Of a DNA stretch of 64,000 nucleotides, positions 11,352-20,772 are shown piece by piece. The position numbers and the translations under genes are program-made. Source of the DNA: a bacterium. Its GTDB lineage: Bacteria; Hinthialibacterota; Hinthialibacteria; Hinthialibacterales; Hinthialibacteraceae. The notes under the pieces are model-generated. The model saw only the letters and a program-made list of their open reading frames with translations. It did not search any database and was not told where the DNA came from. The DNA is taken from positions 64,001 through 128,000 of the forward strand of contig CAXXSM010000130.1 in NCBI GenBank assembly GCA_963663405.2, written 5' to 3'. Within the stretch, counting starts at the first letter, position 1, and every line of letters starts with the position of its first letter.

Positions 11352-12776
11352 GTGGTGAATCAAAAAAATAAACTATCCCGTCGGGATGTCATAAAACAAA
11401 CCAGTATCGTGGGAACCGCCGCCGCGTTCGGTGGGATGGCTGGTCATTCCGCTACAGCGGGGATACAAGACGCGAAAGAACAGATTGGAAAACGAGCCGC
11501 TGAATTGCCCCTGATCGATACGCATGAACATCTCATCGAAGAAGAAGACCGCGTATCTGGAAATCACCAGCGGATCAAAGCCAACGACTGGTCGTTTCTC
11601 CTAACTCACTATATCGATTCGGATCTGCGTACATCAGGAATGCCGAATGAAGAATTTCAGAAATTCCTCTCACCAGATGTCGATCCGATTCGAAAATGGG
11701 ACATTCTCGAACCGTATTGGCCCAACGTGCGTTACACCGGCTACGGACAGGCGGTGGAAATCGCTATTCAGGAACTCTATGGGGTGGAGGGGCTCTCTCG
11801 TGAAAATATCCCTCATGTCCAGGCGGAATATGAAAGACTGATCCGGCCCGGATTCTATAGTGAAGTCCTTCAAAATGTCGCTGGAATCGAATCGTGTCAA
11901 GTCAATTTCCTTTCTGAGCCGTTTTCCGAATCGAAACAACCGACTCTCCTGATGCAGGATATCAGCATTCTCGGTATGCATATGGGACCGAATATTAACG
12001 CTTACGCTCCTAAAGCGGGTATCGAGGTGAAAGACCTCTCTGATTGGCATGCGGTGATCGATTGGTGGTTCAAAAAGTACGGTCCCTACGCGGTTGCGGT
12101 GAAATCCCAAGCGGCTTATTCACGCAATATCGATTTTGAAAAAGTCCCCGCTGAAAAAGCCGCGCCGGTCTTCGCAAAGAAACTCGCTGGCGATCCAATC
12201 TCCAGCAAAGAACGCAAAGCCTTGGAAGATCATCTCTTCTGGTACAGCGTGGAGAAAGCCACGGAATGGAATCTGCCGGTCAAACTCCACACCGGCTATT
12301 ACGCCGGTCATAACAGCATGCCCCTTTCACGGCTGCAGGGCAATCCCGGAGCGGTGACGGATCTCTGCCGGAACGCGCCGGATACGACGTTCGTCTTCAT
12401 GCACATCTGCTATCCCTATTATGAAGAGTTGATCGCGGCGGCGAAACAATGGCGAAACGCGTATATCGATATGTGCTGGGCCTGGATTATCAGCCCCACC
12501 GCAAGTGTTGATTTTCTAAAAGAATATCTCGTTACCGCGCCGGCAAATAAAGTGCTAACATTTGGCGGCGATTATATTATTGTAGAACTCGTCTCCGGAC
12601 ATGCGTCACTCGCCCGGCGTGGAATCCGAAATGCGCTTGTGGGATTGGTGGATGAGGGGTGGCTGACGTTGGATGGCGCGCTCGCATTATCCGAACGGAT
12701 TATGCATGGAAACGCGCGCGAAATTTTCAACTTGAATGAGAAAACGAAAAGACTTCAATCCGCTCCCTGGTTATAA
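11352..12776 (+). CDS. Tat-exported amidohydrolase-family protein (uronate-isomerase-like fold)
   Basis: SRRDVIK twin-arginine signal; IDTHEH, KLHTG, FMH and GGDY metal-binding motifs; GGAGG RBS. Confidence 0.8.
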   Translation: MVNQKNKLSRRDVIKQTSIVGTAAAFGGMAGHSATAGIQDAKEQIGKRAAELPLIDTHEHLIEEEDRVSGNHQRIKANDWSFLLTHYIDSDLRTSGMPNEEFQKFLSPDVDPIRKWDILEPYWPNVRYTGYGQAVEIAIQELYGVEGLSRENIPHVQAEYERLIRPGFYSEVLQNVAGIESCQVNFLSEPFSESKQPTLLMQDISILGMHMGPNINAYAPKAGIEVKDLSDWHAVIDWWFKKYGPYAVAVKSQAAYSRNIDFEKVPAEKAAPVFAKKLAGDPISSKERKALEDHLFWYSVEKATEWNLPVKLHTGYYAGHNSMPLSRLQGNPGAVTDLCRNAPDTTFVFMHICYPYYEELIAAAKQWRNAYIDMCWAWIISPTASVDFLKEYLVTAPANKVLTFGGDYIIVELVSGHASLARRGIRNALVGLVDEGWLTLDGALALSERIMHGNAREIFNLNEKTKRLQSAPWL

Positions 12777-13650
12777 GTGGAGAATATGCAATTTTTCCAC
12801 GGAGTGGTAAATGTACATCTTATTATTATAAGAACACTGCCATACTGGTCTTTCGTATCATTTAAAATGTGTCTCAATTCATTTGTGATACATTGTTTGT
12901 AAGTAGGAATAATAGTGTTATAAATATTTAATTATATTGTTTTATTGGACTTAGATTCTTCCTATATAGAATTCGCTTTAGCGTTTTTATATCGATTCGA
13001 TTCTGGTTGTATCATTTCTAGTTGTTTTGAGACAGTTTTTGGTCGATTTATTCAAATAGAGATTTAGCACGGAATACATTGAATTGATTATGTTTACGAG
13101 AATTTATTCGAAATTTTAGAATTGATTTATATCTGGTATAGTTTTTGTATTATTTAATCAAACAATAAAGAAATCCCAATAAACTTGATGTATAATTTTT
13201 TAGTAGTATCATACGATTTTTAGATTAAATAAGTTTTCTTTTTTTGGGGATGTCAGGAACAGAGCAGTGTAAGAATGGAAAACGTTCATTGACTGTACCC
13301 AAATATGTATTAATAAAAAATAACCCCTTTTCAACCATAAGGAAAGGTGCTATGGTAGTATAATTGATTAAATTTTTGATGTTGTTTTTGTTTTTTGTGA
13401 TATAATATTTATAAGTTTTTAAATGCAGTGGATAGAAAGATTGTTTTTTATAATTGTAATTATTCATTGCACTTTATTTTTAATTTAAAAAAGAGCACGC
13501 ATTTACTGTAAATGTTTAATCGTTTTTTTTTACTATCGAAAAGGAGGTGTAAAAAATTTTTAGTAGAAATATGCTCTTTTTTAGGGTTGATTAATACGTT
13601 GTATTTGATTTGATTTTGATAGTGTTGAACTTGAGAGTATTTATTATAAA

Positions 13651-13725
13651 GTGGAAGTGATGATCTGTTCTTTTTTAATTGGTCGCCAAGAAAAGGGCAG
13701 GGAGCTAGTGGCGAATCCCCTCCAC
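13651..13725 (+). ncRNA. c-di-GMP-II-like riboswitch aptamer, copy 1
   Basis: GTGGA/TCCAC P1, TGA/GA kink-turn, stem TCTGTTCTTTT/AAAAGGGCAGG, pseudoknot TCGCCA/TGGCGA; 40 nt upstream of ATG. Confidence 0.75.
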
Positions 13726-13765
13726 GCAATCAAATAGTAAACGATTACGTTAAGGAGGATTACTA

Positions 13766-14737
13766 ATGTATAAGAGTAAAATTTCCATTCTTCTGTTTAT
13801 TGGGGCTGTCAGTTTAGTATTGGCCCCGGTGTGCTCAGCACAGACGCCTACGCCTATACCAAATCCTGGTTCTCCCGTTCCTTGGTGTGATAAGGATTTC
13901 ATGGTTCATTTTAATAACGCAGGGCAGGGATATAGTGGGGATAGCTATTTTCTTTCTATATTCCAAGGAGCCTCTCCGGTTCCTGAAAGTGATTTTTCTG
14001 ATTGGTTTTGGAATACATTTATCAATGATCCAAATTATCAAGATGTATTGGACCTTTGGCTCATACAAGTGAATGCCGTTGTTGATCCCGATATTACAAT
14101 GGATGATCTTAAAACAGGGCTGTATCAAATGATGCATGATTTACTGTATGGGACTCCAGCTCCTCCTCCTATCACCTTGATTCCTGGAAGCCATTTTCCA
14201 GGATGGTGTATCGACTTATCAAAAAAGATACAATTGAATTATTGGCATTACTGTCCTTGGGTGCAGCGGACAATAAATGCGAATATGCTTCTTCCGTTTA
14301 GCTCACCAGTTGATCCAAACCTTAACGCTTGGTGCAATAATCCAGCAAATCTAGTTAAAGTGAATTATCTGCTTTCCGAATGGCGTAGAAATGCAATGGT
14401 TGATTTTGGATTGGGTTTCGAACCTTCGTGGCAGGAAATACAAGCGGCGATTTGGATACTGTTAGATGAAAATGTTGGTGGAAATCCATCCGGTCCGGAT
14501 CCCGATCCCAGCGATCCCAATCCAGCATTGCGTGGATATATTACCTGGGATGTCAATAATGTGGATGATGTAATTGCTGCAATAAATGCGAAACCTTCGA
14601 GTTTTTACGATAATTTGTTATTGTTCCAACTCTATCGTGTGTGTGTTATTGTATATAATGGTGATACAGAACAACGTACGCTGGTTGAGATGGAAGCCTT
14701 TTTATACTACATGTTGATGCAGTATGGCTTGATTTAA
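13766..14737 (+). CDS. Secreted thioester-domain (TED/TQXA-like) protein, copy 1
   Basis: Signal peptide; GWC148IDL, IQ226AAIW230 and EQ303RTLV motifs; GGAGG RBS. Confidence 0.7.
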   Translation: MYKSKISILLFIGAVSLVLAPVCSAQTPTPIPNPGSPVPWCDKDFMVHFNNAGQGYSGDSYFLSIFQGASPVPESDFSDWFWNTFINDPNYQDVLDLWLIQVNAVVDPDITMDDLKTGLYQMMHDLLYGTPAPPPITLIPGSHFPGWCIDLSKKIQLNYWHYCPWVQRTINANMLLPFSSPVDPNLNAWCNNPANLVKVNYLLSEWRRNAMVDFGLGFEPSWQEIQAAIWILLDENVGGNPSGPDPDPSDPNPALRGYITWDVNNVDDVIAAINAKPSSFYDNLLLFQLYRVCVIVYNGDTEQRTLVEMEAFLYYMLMQYGLI

Positions 14738-14767
14738 ATGACCATTTAGGTTGTTAGCGAGTTGAAG

Positions 14768-14798
14768 AAAGGGGATCATTCAAAATGATCCCCTTTTT
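14768..14798 (+). terminator. Intrinsic terminator
   Basis: AAAGGGGATCATT-loop-AATGATCCCCTTT hairpin with T tail. Confidence 0.8.
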
Positions 14799-14799
14799 A

Positions 14800-14887
14800 T
14801 ATGATAATGAGTTTCAAAGACTTACTCGTTCTAGATTTCACCCGTAACTCATTTTCGCGTTGTGATCTCAACATGATGGTTTATGCG
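14800..14887 (+). mobile_element. Degenerate copy of dispersed ~95-bp MITE-like element
   Basis: ATGATAATGAGT...ACTCATTTTC followed by the tail TTGTGATCTCAACATGATGGTTTATGCG, as in the copies at 18067, 29887 and 39133. Confidence 0.6.
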
Positions 14888-15527
14888 AAACGGTTCTTAT
14901 ATGGCCAATCTGCAAATACATCTTTTTAATAGCTTTCATGTACGGGTGGAAACTTTTATGGATTCTTCAATTTGAAGATTTTGTAGAAACCAATTATTGA
15001 TTGAATCAGACAAACTTCTAATTTTGATTTTCAATTCATGTTTTTTGTATGTTTTTTATATTTCATATGATTTAACACTAATGAAATAAATTGAGTTGAA
15101 TAAGGTGTTTAGGATTTTCCATTCCATTCTATTCTTCCTTTGATGTAACGTTTTTTTCTGCATTAATTTAGTTTCAATTCTATCGATTTAAAGGATTTTG
15201 TGTAATAAATTAGTCATGTAAAAGGTTGTTCGACGAATAAAAAATACATAAAAACCTCTTTTCATTAATAAAAATTATGCTATAGTAATAGTAGTTAACA
15301 TTATATTCCTGATGCGTTGATCTTGTGTGGTGAGTATATTCTTATCTCGTTTTTTTTTGCTTGTAATGAAATATTGCATTTTATCTGTGGGTCTTTTTCT
15401 ATAATAAGTTCGTACAAATCGATATCAAAAGGAGAATTGCATGACAAAAATGATTGGATTTCTTTTTTAATATTTTTGTATTGAAGGTTGAGGTGATAGT
15501 GAGTTCCTTATTTGAATAATAATTATA

Positions 15528-15603
15528 GTGGAAGCGTTGAACCATTTTTTCTTTAATTGGTCGCCAATAGAAGAATGGGAAGCAAGTGGCGAACCCCCTC
15601 CAC
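15528..15603 (+). ncRNA. c-di-GMP-II-like riboswitch aptamer, copy 2
   Basis: Same core as copy 1 with a compensatory stem CCATTTTTTCT/AGAAGAATGG. Confidence 0.75.
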
Positions 15604-15645
15604 GCAATCGAAATCTTAAAATGATTACGTTCAGGAGGATTTAAA

Positions 15646-16617
15646 ATGTATAAGAAAGTAATACCCAGTCTTTTCATCATAGGGGCTGTCGGCCTTCTCT
15701 TGGCGCCGTTTAGCTCAGCCCAGACACCTACTCCATTGCCGAATCCTGGTTCTCCCGTTCCTTGGTGTGATAAGGATTTCATGGTTCATTTTAATAACGC
15801 AGGGCAGGGATATAGTGGGGATAGCTATTTTCTTTCTATATTCCAAGGAGCCTCTCCGGTTCCCGAAAATGATTTTTACGATTGGTTTTGGAATACATTT
15901 ATTAATAATCCAAATTATCAAGATGTATTGGACCTTTGGCTCATACAAGTGAATGCCGTTGTCGATCCCGATATTACAATGGATGATCTTAAAGCGGGGC
16001 TGTATCAAATGATGCATGATTTACTGTATGGAACTCCAGCTCCTCCTCCTATCACCTTGATACCTGGAACCCATTTTCCAGGATGGTGTATCGACTTATC
16101 AAAAAAGATACAATTGGATTACTGGCATTACTGTCCTTGGGTGCAGCGGACAATAAATGCGAATATGCTTCTTCCGTTTAGCGCGCCAGTTGAGCCAAAC
16201 CTTAACGCTTGGTGCAATAACCCAGCAAATCTAGTTAAAGTGAATTATTTGCTTTCCGAGTGGCGTAGAAACGCAATGGCTGATTTTGGATTGGGTTTCG
16301 AACCTGCGTGGGAGGAAATACAAGCGGCGATTTGGATTCTGATAGATGAAAATGTTGCTGGAAATCCATCCGGTCCGGATCCCGATCCCAGCGATCCCAA
16401 TCCAGCATTGCGTGGATATATTACCTGGGATGTCAATAATGTGGATGATATTATTGCTGCATTAAATACGAAACCTTCGAGTTTTTACGATAATTTGTTA
16501 TTGTTCCAACTCTATCGTGTGTGTGTTATTGTATATAATGGTGATACAGAGCAACGTACGATGGTTGAGATGGAAGCCTTTTTATATTATATGTTGATGG
16601 AGTATGGTCTGATTTAA
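15646..16617 (+). CDS. Secreted thioester-domain (TED/TQXA-like) protein, copy 2
   Basis: 323 aa; mature part differs from copy 1 at about 19 residues by eye; same Cys, IQAAIW and Gln motifs. Confidence 0.7.
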   Translation: MYKKVIPSLFIIGAVGLLLAPFSSAQTPTPLPNPGSPVPWCDKDFMVHFNNAGQGYSGDSYFLSIFQGASPVPENDFYDWFWNTFINNPNYQDVLDLWLIQVNAVVDPDITMDDLKAGLYQMMHDLLYGTPAPPPITLIPGTHFPGWCIDLSKKIQLDYWHYCPWVQRTINANMLLPFSAPVEPNLNAWCNNPANLVKVNYLLSEWRRNAMADFGLGFEPAWEEIQAAIWILIDENVAGNPSGPDPDPSDPNPALRGYITWDVNNVDDIIAALNTKPSSFYDNLLLFQLYRVCVIVYNGDTEQRTMVEMEAFLYYMLMEYGLI

Positions 16618-16650
16618 ACGTACGTTTTATGTTTTTTAGTAAGATAAAAG

Positions 16651-16682
16651 AAAGGGGATCAATTCACGATCCTCTTTTTTTA
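16651..16682. terminator. Bidirectional intrinsic terminator
   Basis: AAAGGGGATC-loop-GATCCTCTTT hairpin flanked by A and T tracts, between convergent genes. Confidence 0.7.
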
Positions 16683-16698
16683 TCTTCATTTGACGATT

Positions 16699-17931
16699 TT
16701 AATGCAACCACCAGTTCGCTACACTCGTTCCACACTCGTATGGATTCAGATTTAGTTGAGGAGAAAATGCGAAACCGTTCTGAAAATATTCATCAATCAA
16801 ACCAGTAAAAACTGGTTCACCCAAATGATCTATGAGAATCAATACATCATTCCAATCACCGCAATCTAACAGATTCCCTCGAATATCGAACGCGGTCAAC
16901 TCTGTATTCCCAAGTTCTACATAAGAAGCTATATTCGAGATGGAAGTGATTAGATTGTTCGTACAATCTATATATTTATAAGTGGCGCTTGGATGGATCA
17001 TTAGTTCTTCCAGACGATTATTACTACAAGTAAGATAGCGCAAGGAAACATTGACTGATAGATCAAGGATTTTAAGTTGGTTATTATTGCAAAAAAGAGA
17101 TTTTAAAAGGGGATTCTGAGACACATCCAGAACGTTCAATTGATTGTTATAGCATTCGATATAATCCAACGCTAGGCTTTCCGTCAAATCGAGCGAGGTG
17201 ATCTGATTGTCCGGACAGTAGAGTTTTAATAATGAGGGAAGGTTTGAAACATTCAAATTCTCAAGTTGATTTCGGCTGCAATCGAGATACTGTAAAGATT
17301 CGAGATTCGATACGTCTAAGTGTGTCAAGAGATTATCGTCACAATAGATTTTATTATACGGCGCCTCCTTTGAAAGGATCAGAGAATTGATTTGATTTCT
17401 TTTACAACTAATAAATTCCATCTCAGGATTATTTAATAGATCTAAACTCTCTAATTGATTTTCTATACATTCAAGCTGGTTTAATATGGAATTGCTAGAA
17501 AGATCGAGGGTAGTGATTTGATTCCATGAGCAATACAGAAATTTCAATCGAGTGTTTTCTGAAACGTCTAAACTACTAATCAAATTATGGGCGCAACTCA
17601 GCTCTTTTAAGTCTGTATTATTCCATAAGTCCAAATGGGTCAAGGCGTTGTCTGAACAATTTAATCTGGTGATGTTGGTGAAATACTCGATTCCGGTTAA
17701 ATCTTGAATTTCTTTCCTGACACATAAAAATGATTCTGTGACCGCCGCCACTTGCTCCGCCGTAAATTCCCCGCCAGGATCGACTCCTATATATTCTTCA
17801 ACCACAGTACGAAAATTCGGATCAGGGAAATTTTCCGGTGTGTTGATATTTTGAGCAAGGGAGTCTGCGATTGGAAAGAGAAAAAGAAGAAGAAACGCGG
17901 TTGTTTTGGATGAACTCACAATGTTGAACAT
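16699..17931 (-). CDS. Secreted leucine-rich-repeat protein (internalin-like cap FPDPNFR)
   Basis: 21-aa repeats LxxLxCxxNxLxxLDL; signal peptide; start MFNIV matches paralog MFDIA; ends TSVANWWLH. Confidence 0.9.
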   Translation of the reverse strand: MFNIVSSSKTTAFLLLFLFPIADSLAQNINTPENFPDPNFRTVVEEYIGVDPGGEFTAEQVAAVTESFLCVRKEIQDLTGIEYFTNITRLNCSDNALTHLDLWNNTDLKELSCAHNLISSLDVSENTRLKFLYCSWNQITTLDLSSNSILNQLECIENQLESLDLLNNPEMEFISCKRNQINSLILSKEAPYNKIYCDDNLLTHLDVSNLESLQYLDCSRNQLENLNVSNLPSLLKLYCPDNQITSLDLTESLALDYIECYNNQLNVLDVSQNPLLKSLFCNNNQLKILDLSVNVSLRYLTCSNNRLEELMIHPSATYKYIDCTNNLITSISNIASYVELGNTELTAFDIRGNLLDCGDWNDVLILIDHLGEPVFTGLIDEYFQNGFAFSPQLNLNPYECGTSVANWWLH

Positions 17932-18066
17932 AAATTTTACACCTTTTTTCAAATTGATTTAAGATATATCTAAACTTGACGAAACTTATGACGAAACGGT
18001 GAGAAATCAAATAATCTATTACGAATTCATGGTTGAAACAATGTAAAATTTTCATATGCAGGTTTG

Positions 18067-18161
18067 TATGAAAATGAGTTTCTAGGATTTTCTCCATCGA
18101 GATTTCTTCTGCAACTCATTTTCATTTGCGTGTTGTAATCTCAATCATAATGGTTTATACG
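18067..18161 (+). mobile_element. Dispersed MITE-like element
   Basis: Inverted repeats ATGAAAATGAGT / ACTCATTTTCAT plus a conserved tail; absent from the paralogous region near 23200. Confidence 0.65.
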
Positions 18162-18841
18162 TAACGCTTCTTATATGGCCAATCTGCAAATTCATCTTTC
18201 AAATGGCTTTCATGAAAGGCGGGAAGCCTTTATGGATTCTTCAACCAGAAGAATATGCAGAAACCAATTATTGAGTGGATCAGTCAAAATTCTAATTTCG
18301 ATTTTCATTTCCTATTTTTTATGCGTTTTTTTTATTATATCATGAATTTTATAAGATTCCTGCTGTTTTTTATATTTCATACGATCTTACAGTTTTGTAA
18401 TAAATTGAGTTGAATAAGGTGGTTAGGATCTTCCTTTCAATCCTTTCCTTCCTTGGATGTAACGTTTTTTTCTTTATTAATTTTGTTCTAATTCTATCGA
18501 TTTAAAGGATTCCATGTAAAAATTTTATCATTAAAAAGGTTGTTCGACGAATAAAAAATACAAAAAAGTCTCTTTTCATCAATGAAAATTATACTATAGT
18601 AATAGTAGTTAACATTTTATTTCTGATGCGTTGATCTTGTGTGGTGAGTATATTCTTATCTCGTTTTTCTTTTACTTGTAATGAAATATTCTATTTTTTC
18701 TGTTTGTCTTTTTCTTATATGAGTTCATACAAATCGATAGTAAAAGGAGAATTGCATGATAAAAATGGTAGGATTCCTTTTGTAATATTTTTGTATTGAA
18801 GTTGAGGTAATAGTGAGTTCAATATTTGAATAATAATTACA

Positions 18842-18916
18842 GTGGAAGCATTGAACCATTTTTCTTTAATTGGTCGCCAATAGAAAAATGGGAAGCAAGT
18901 GGCGAACCTCCTCCAC
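18842..18916 (+). ncRNA. c-di-GMP-II-like riboswitch aptamer, copy 3
   Basis: Same core; perfect stem CCATTTTTCT/AGAAAAATGG. Confidence 0.75.
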
Positions 18917-18950
18917 GCAATCAAAAAATGGTTACGTTTTGGAGGTAAGA

Positions 18951-19092
18951 ATGTTTAAGAAATTAATTGTTAGTTTTTGTTTTATAGGAATTACCGGTTT
19001 ATTTCTGTCTCCCATAATCATGGCCCAGTCACCAATATCTTAAACTTTGCCTGTTCCTTGGTGTGGGGTGGATTATCAGGTTGAATTTCTGA
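18951..19092 (+). pseudogene. Truncated TED-protein paralog (signal peptide and first residues only)
   Basis: Hand translation MFKKLIVSFCFIGITGLFLSPIIMAQSPIS*TLPVPWCGVDYQVEF matches PVPWCDKDFMVHF. In-frame TAA at 19041; homology ends at a transposase fragment. Confidence 0.8.
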
Positions 19093-19094
19093 GG

Positions 19095-19280
19095 CGCCAG
19101 TTCACGATGCCAGCGAAGAATCGTATCCAGGGTGAAAATTGTCGAGATTTCCTTCAAAATTTTCCGCTCCAGAGTCTTTCCTTTGACCGCGAGCCGGGCC
19201 CTCTGTTAATCGTTGAGTAGAATATGCTTTTTGCCTTGGACTTCGAGGAGTAACTCGACCTCTGTCGCAGACAAAACGTT
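19095..19280 (-). mobile_element. Transposase remnant (N-terminal part of an integrase-core/rve IS transposase)
   Basis: Hand translation ...[45 protein letters not shown] resembles the LAxKGKxLGRK...[10 protein letters not shown] motif of such transposases; internal stop. Confidence 0.65.
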
Positions 19281-19281
19281 G

Positions 19282-20718
19282 TTAGTGAATGTCCCAGTTT
19301 TTCACTTCTACAGATCCGCCTATTTGAAACGTCTGGTAATACCGTGTAGTAAAACTATTCGGCCCTTCCGGTGGGGAATAAATGAGCATCTCACCAAAAT
19401 TATTGTCAGCGCCTCGTGAGATGACTATGTTCCCAGCCGGATCGAATTGAGCGTCTCGGATCGGATCCGCCCCCGCGATAAACGAGTCAAGTTCCGTACC
19501 ATCATCCATACTTAAGATATACACCATCCCATCAATCCCGTTACCAGAGGCTGCGAACCAACGACGCCCTTCATCTAAATCCAAAGACGGCCGGTCAACA
19601 ATGGCTTCCCATTCGCTCCGCATGAATTGCTCTCCATCTGGTCTAAATCCGTAGAGATCTCCCACCGAAGTCGTTACGTAGATATTTCCCTCAGAATCGG
19701 CAACGAGACTGAAGGGGGGCCCAGCGGCGGGAGGATCATAATTTAAATCCGGATCGAGAAATACTTCAGGAGGAGTCGTCCAGGGAAGCGCGGCGTCATC
19801 GGGTACATTGTATTTCATGATGCTGCCGGGAGTAATGCCGGGCAAGCTATGGTCAATGGTATAAATGACACGTTTCTCTCCCGTGCCCAAGATAAGCATG
19901 TCCGAAATCGTTCCATTCGTTGTAGGCGTTTTGCGGGGTTGGATATCGCCACTGTCTTTTGGCGGCGAATAATCAGCATGTAAGAAGATTTGGAATCCCT
20001 CGTCGGTGAACTCAGAATTACAGATGGTGTTCCACATCGTCCGATTGACATACGTGTTGGTATACACCCGTCCATCCGGCCCGAAGTTAAGCGCAATGGG
20101 CGCGTCATCATTGCTCGCAAAAACAAACGACATGTTGAGTTCCGGGAAAGCCGTGTCCAGCGATCCTCCCCACCAGGTTCCATCCGGAGACATAAAGTAA
20201 ATGCCTTTAAATACGTTTAAAGAATCGATAACCTTCGTTCGATTGACACTATTGCGACGTCCCTGAATGATATAAATTCGTCCAAAATTCGATCTGGATT
20301 GGTCCTTCCCAATTAAAACACCACGAGGACGATGAAAGACGTTTTGGGGATCGACTGGATTGATGCGTTCCCAGCTGGTATGGCCATTGTCCGAAGCGTT
20401 AATTTCAAATGTGTAAGTACCATCGGCAACGACTTGTCCCGCATCATCAAGACCGTCCCAGATAACATGGTTCATACCTTGCGCAGTGGAACCGGACAGC
20501 GTTCGTACAACAACACCATCTGATACACGTAGGATACGTAATTCAACACCGTTATCCGCGGCCTCATTGAGTAAATAATGAAATTCGCCTCCCACGCCTT
20601 CAGTGGAATCGACCTCAACCGACAACTGGCAGGCGAATACATTCGCGTCAGCGGATTTTGGGAGTAAAACAGCCAAACCGAAAATAAACAAATACCCTAA
20701 ATTGGAAAACCGTATCAT
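19282..20718 (-). CDS. Secreted protein, FlgD-Ig-like domain plus beta-propeller-like region
   Basis: Signal peptide; VRTL...WDGLDDAGQVVADGTYTFEI is FlgD-Ig-like; ends VEVKNWDIH. Confidence 0.7.
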   Translation of the reverse strand: MIRFSNLGYLFIFGLAVLLPKSADANVFACQLSVEVDSTEGVGGEFHYLLNEAADNGVELRILRVSDGVVVRTLSGSTAQGMNHVIWDGLDDAGQVVADGTYTFEINASDNGHTSWERINPVDPQNVFHRPRGVLIGKDQSRSNFGRIYIIQGRRNSVNRTKVIDSLNVFKGIYFMSPDGTWWGGSLDTAFPELNMSFVFASNDDAPIALNFGPDGRVYTNTYVNRTMWNTICNSEFTDEGFQIFLHADYSPPKDSGDIQPRKTPTTNGTISDMLILGTGEKRVIYTIDHSLPGITPGSIMKYNVPDDAALPWTTPPEVFLDPDLNYDPPAAGPPFSLVADSEGNIYVTTSVGDLYGFRPDGEQFMRSEWEAIVDRPSLDLDEGRRWFAASGNGIDGMVYILSMDDGTELDSFIAGADPIRDAQFDPAGNIVISRGADNNFGEMLIYSPPEGPNSFTTRYYQTFQIGGSVEVKNWDIH

Positions 20719-20772
20719 GGTTCTTCGTCCTTTCCTTATTTATTTTCCTCTTCATGAATCAAACCACTCAGA

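Noticed and set aside
12777-13650. AT-rich kilobase as an origin of replication or as small genes (13225-13467, 13460-13729)
   Set aside because: No clustered DnaA boxes or dnaA context were noticed. The ORFs are low-complexity, lack an RBS and overlap the riboswitch on the antisense strand.
15399-15782. Repeated antisense ORFs (also 18715-18924) as a conserved small-protein family
   Set aside because: Their similarity follows from the duplicated riboswitch leader; frames and lengths are not conserved.
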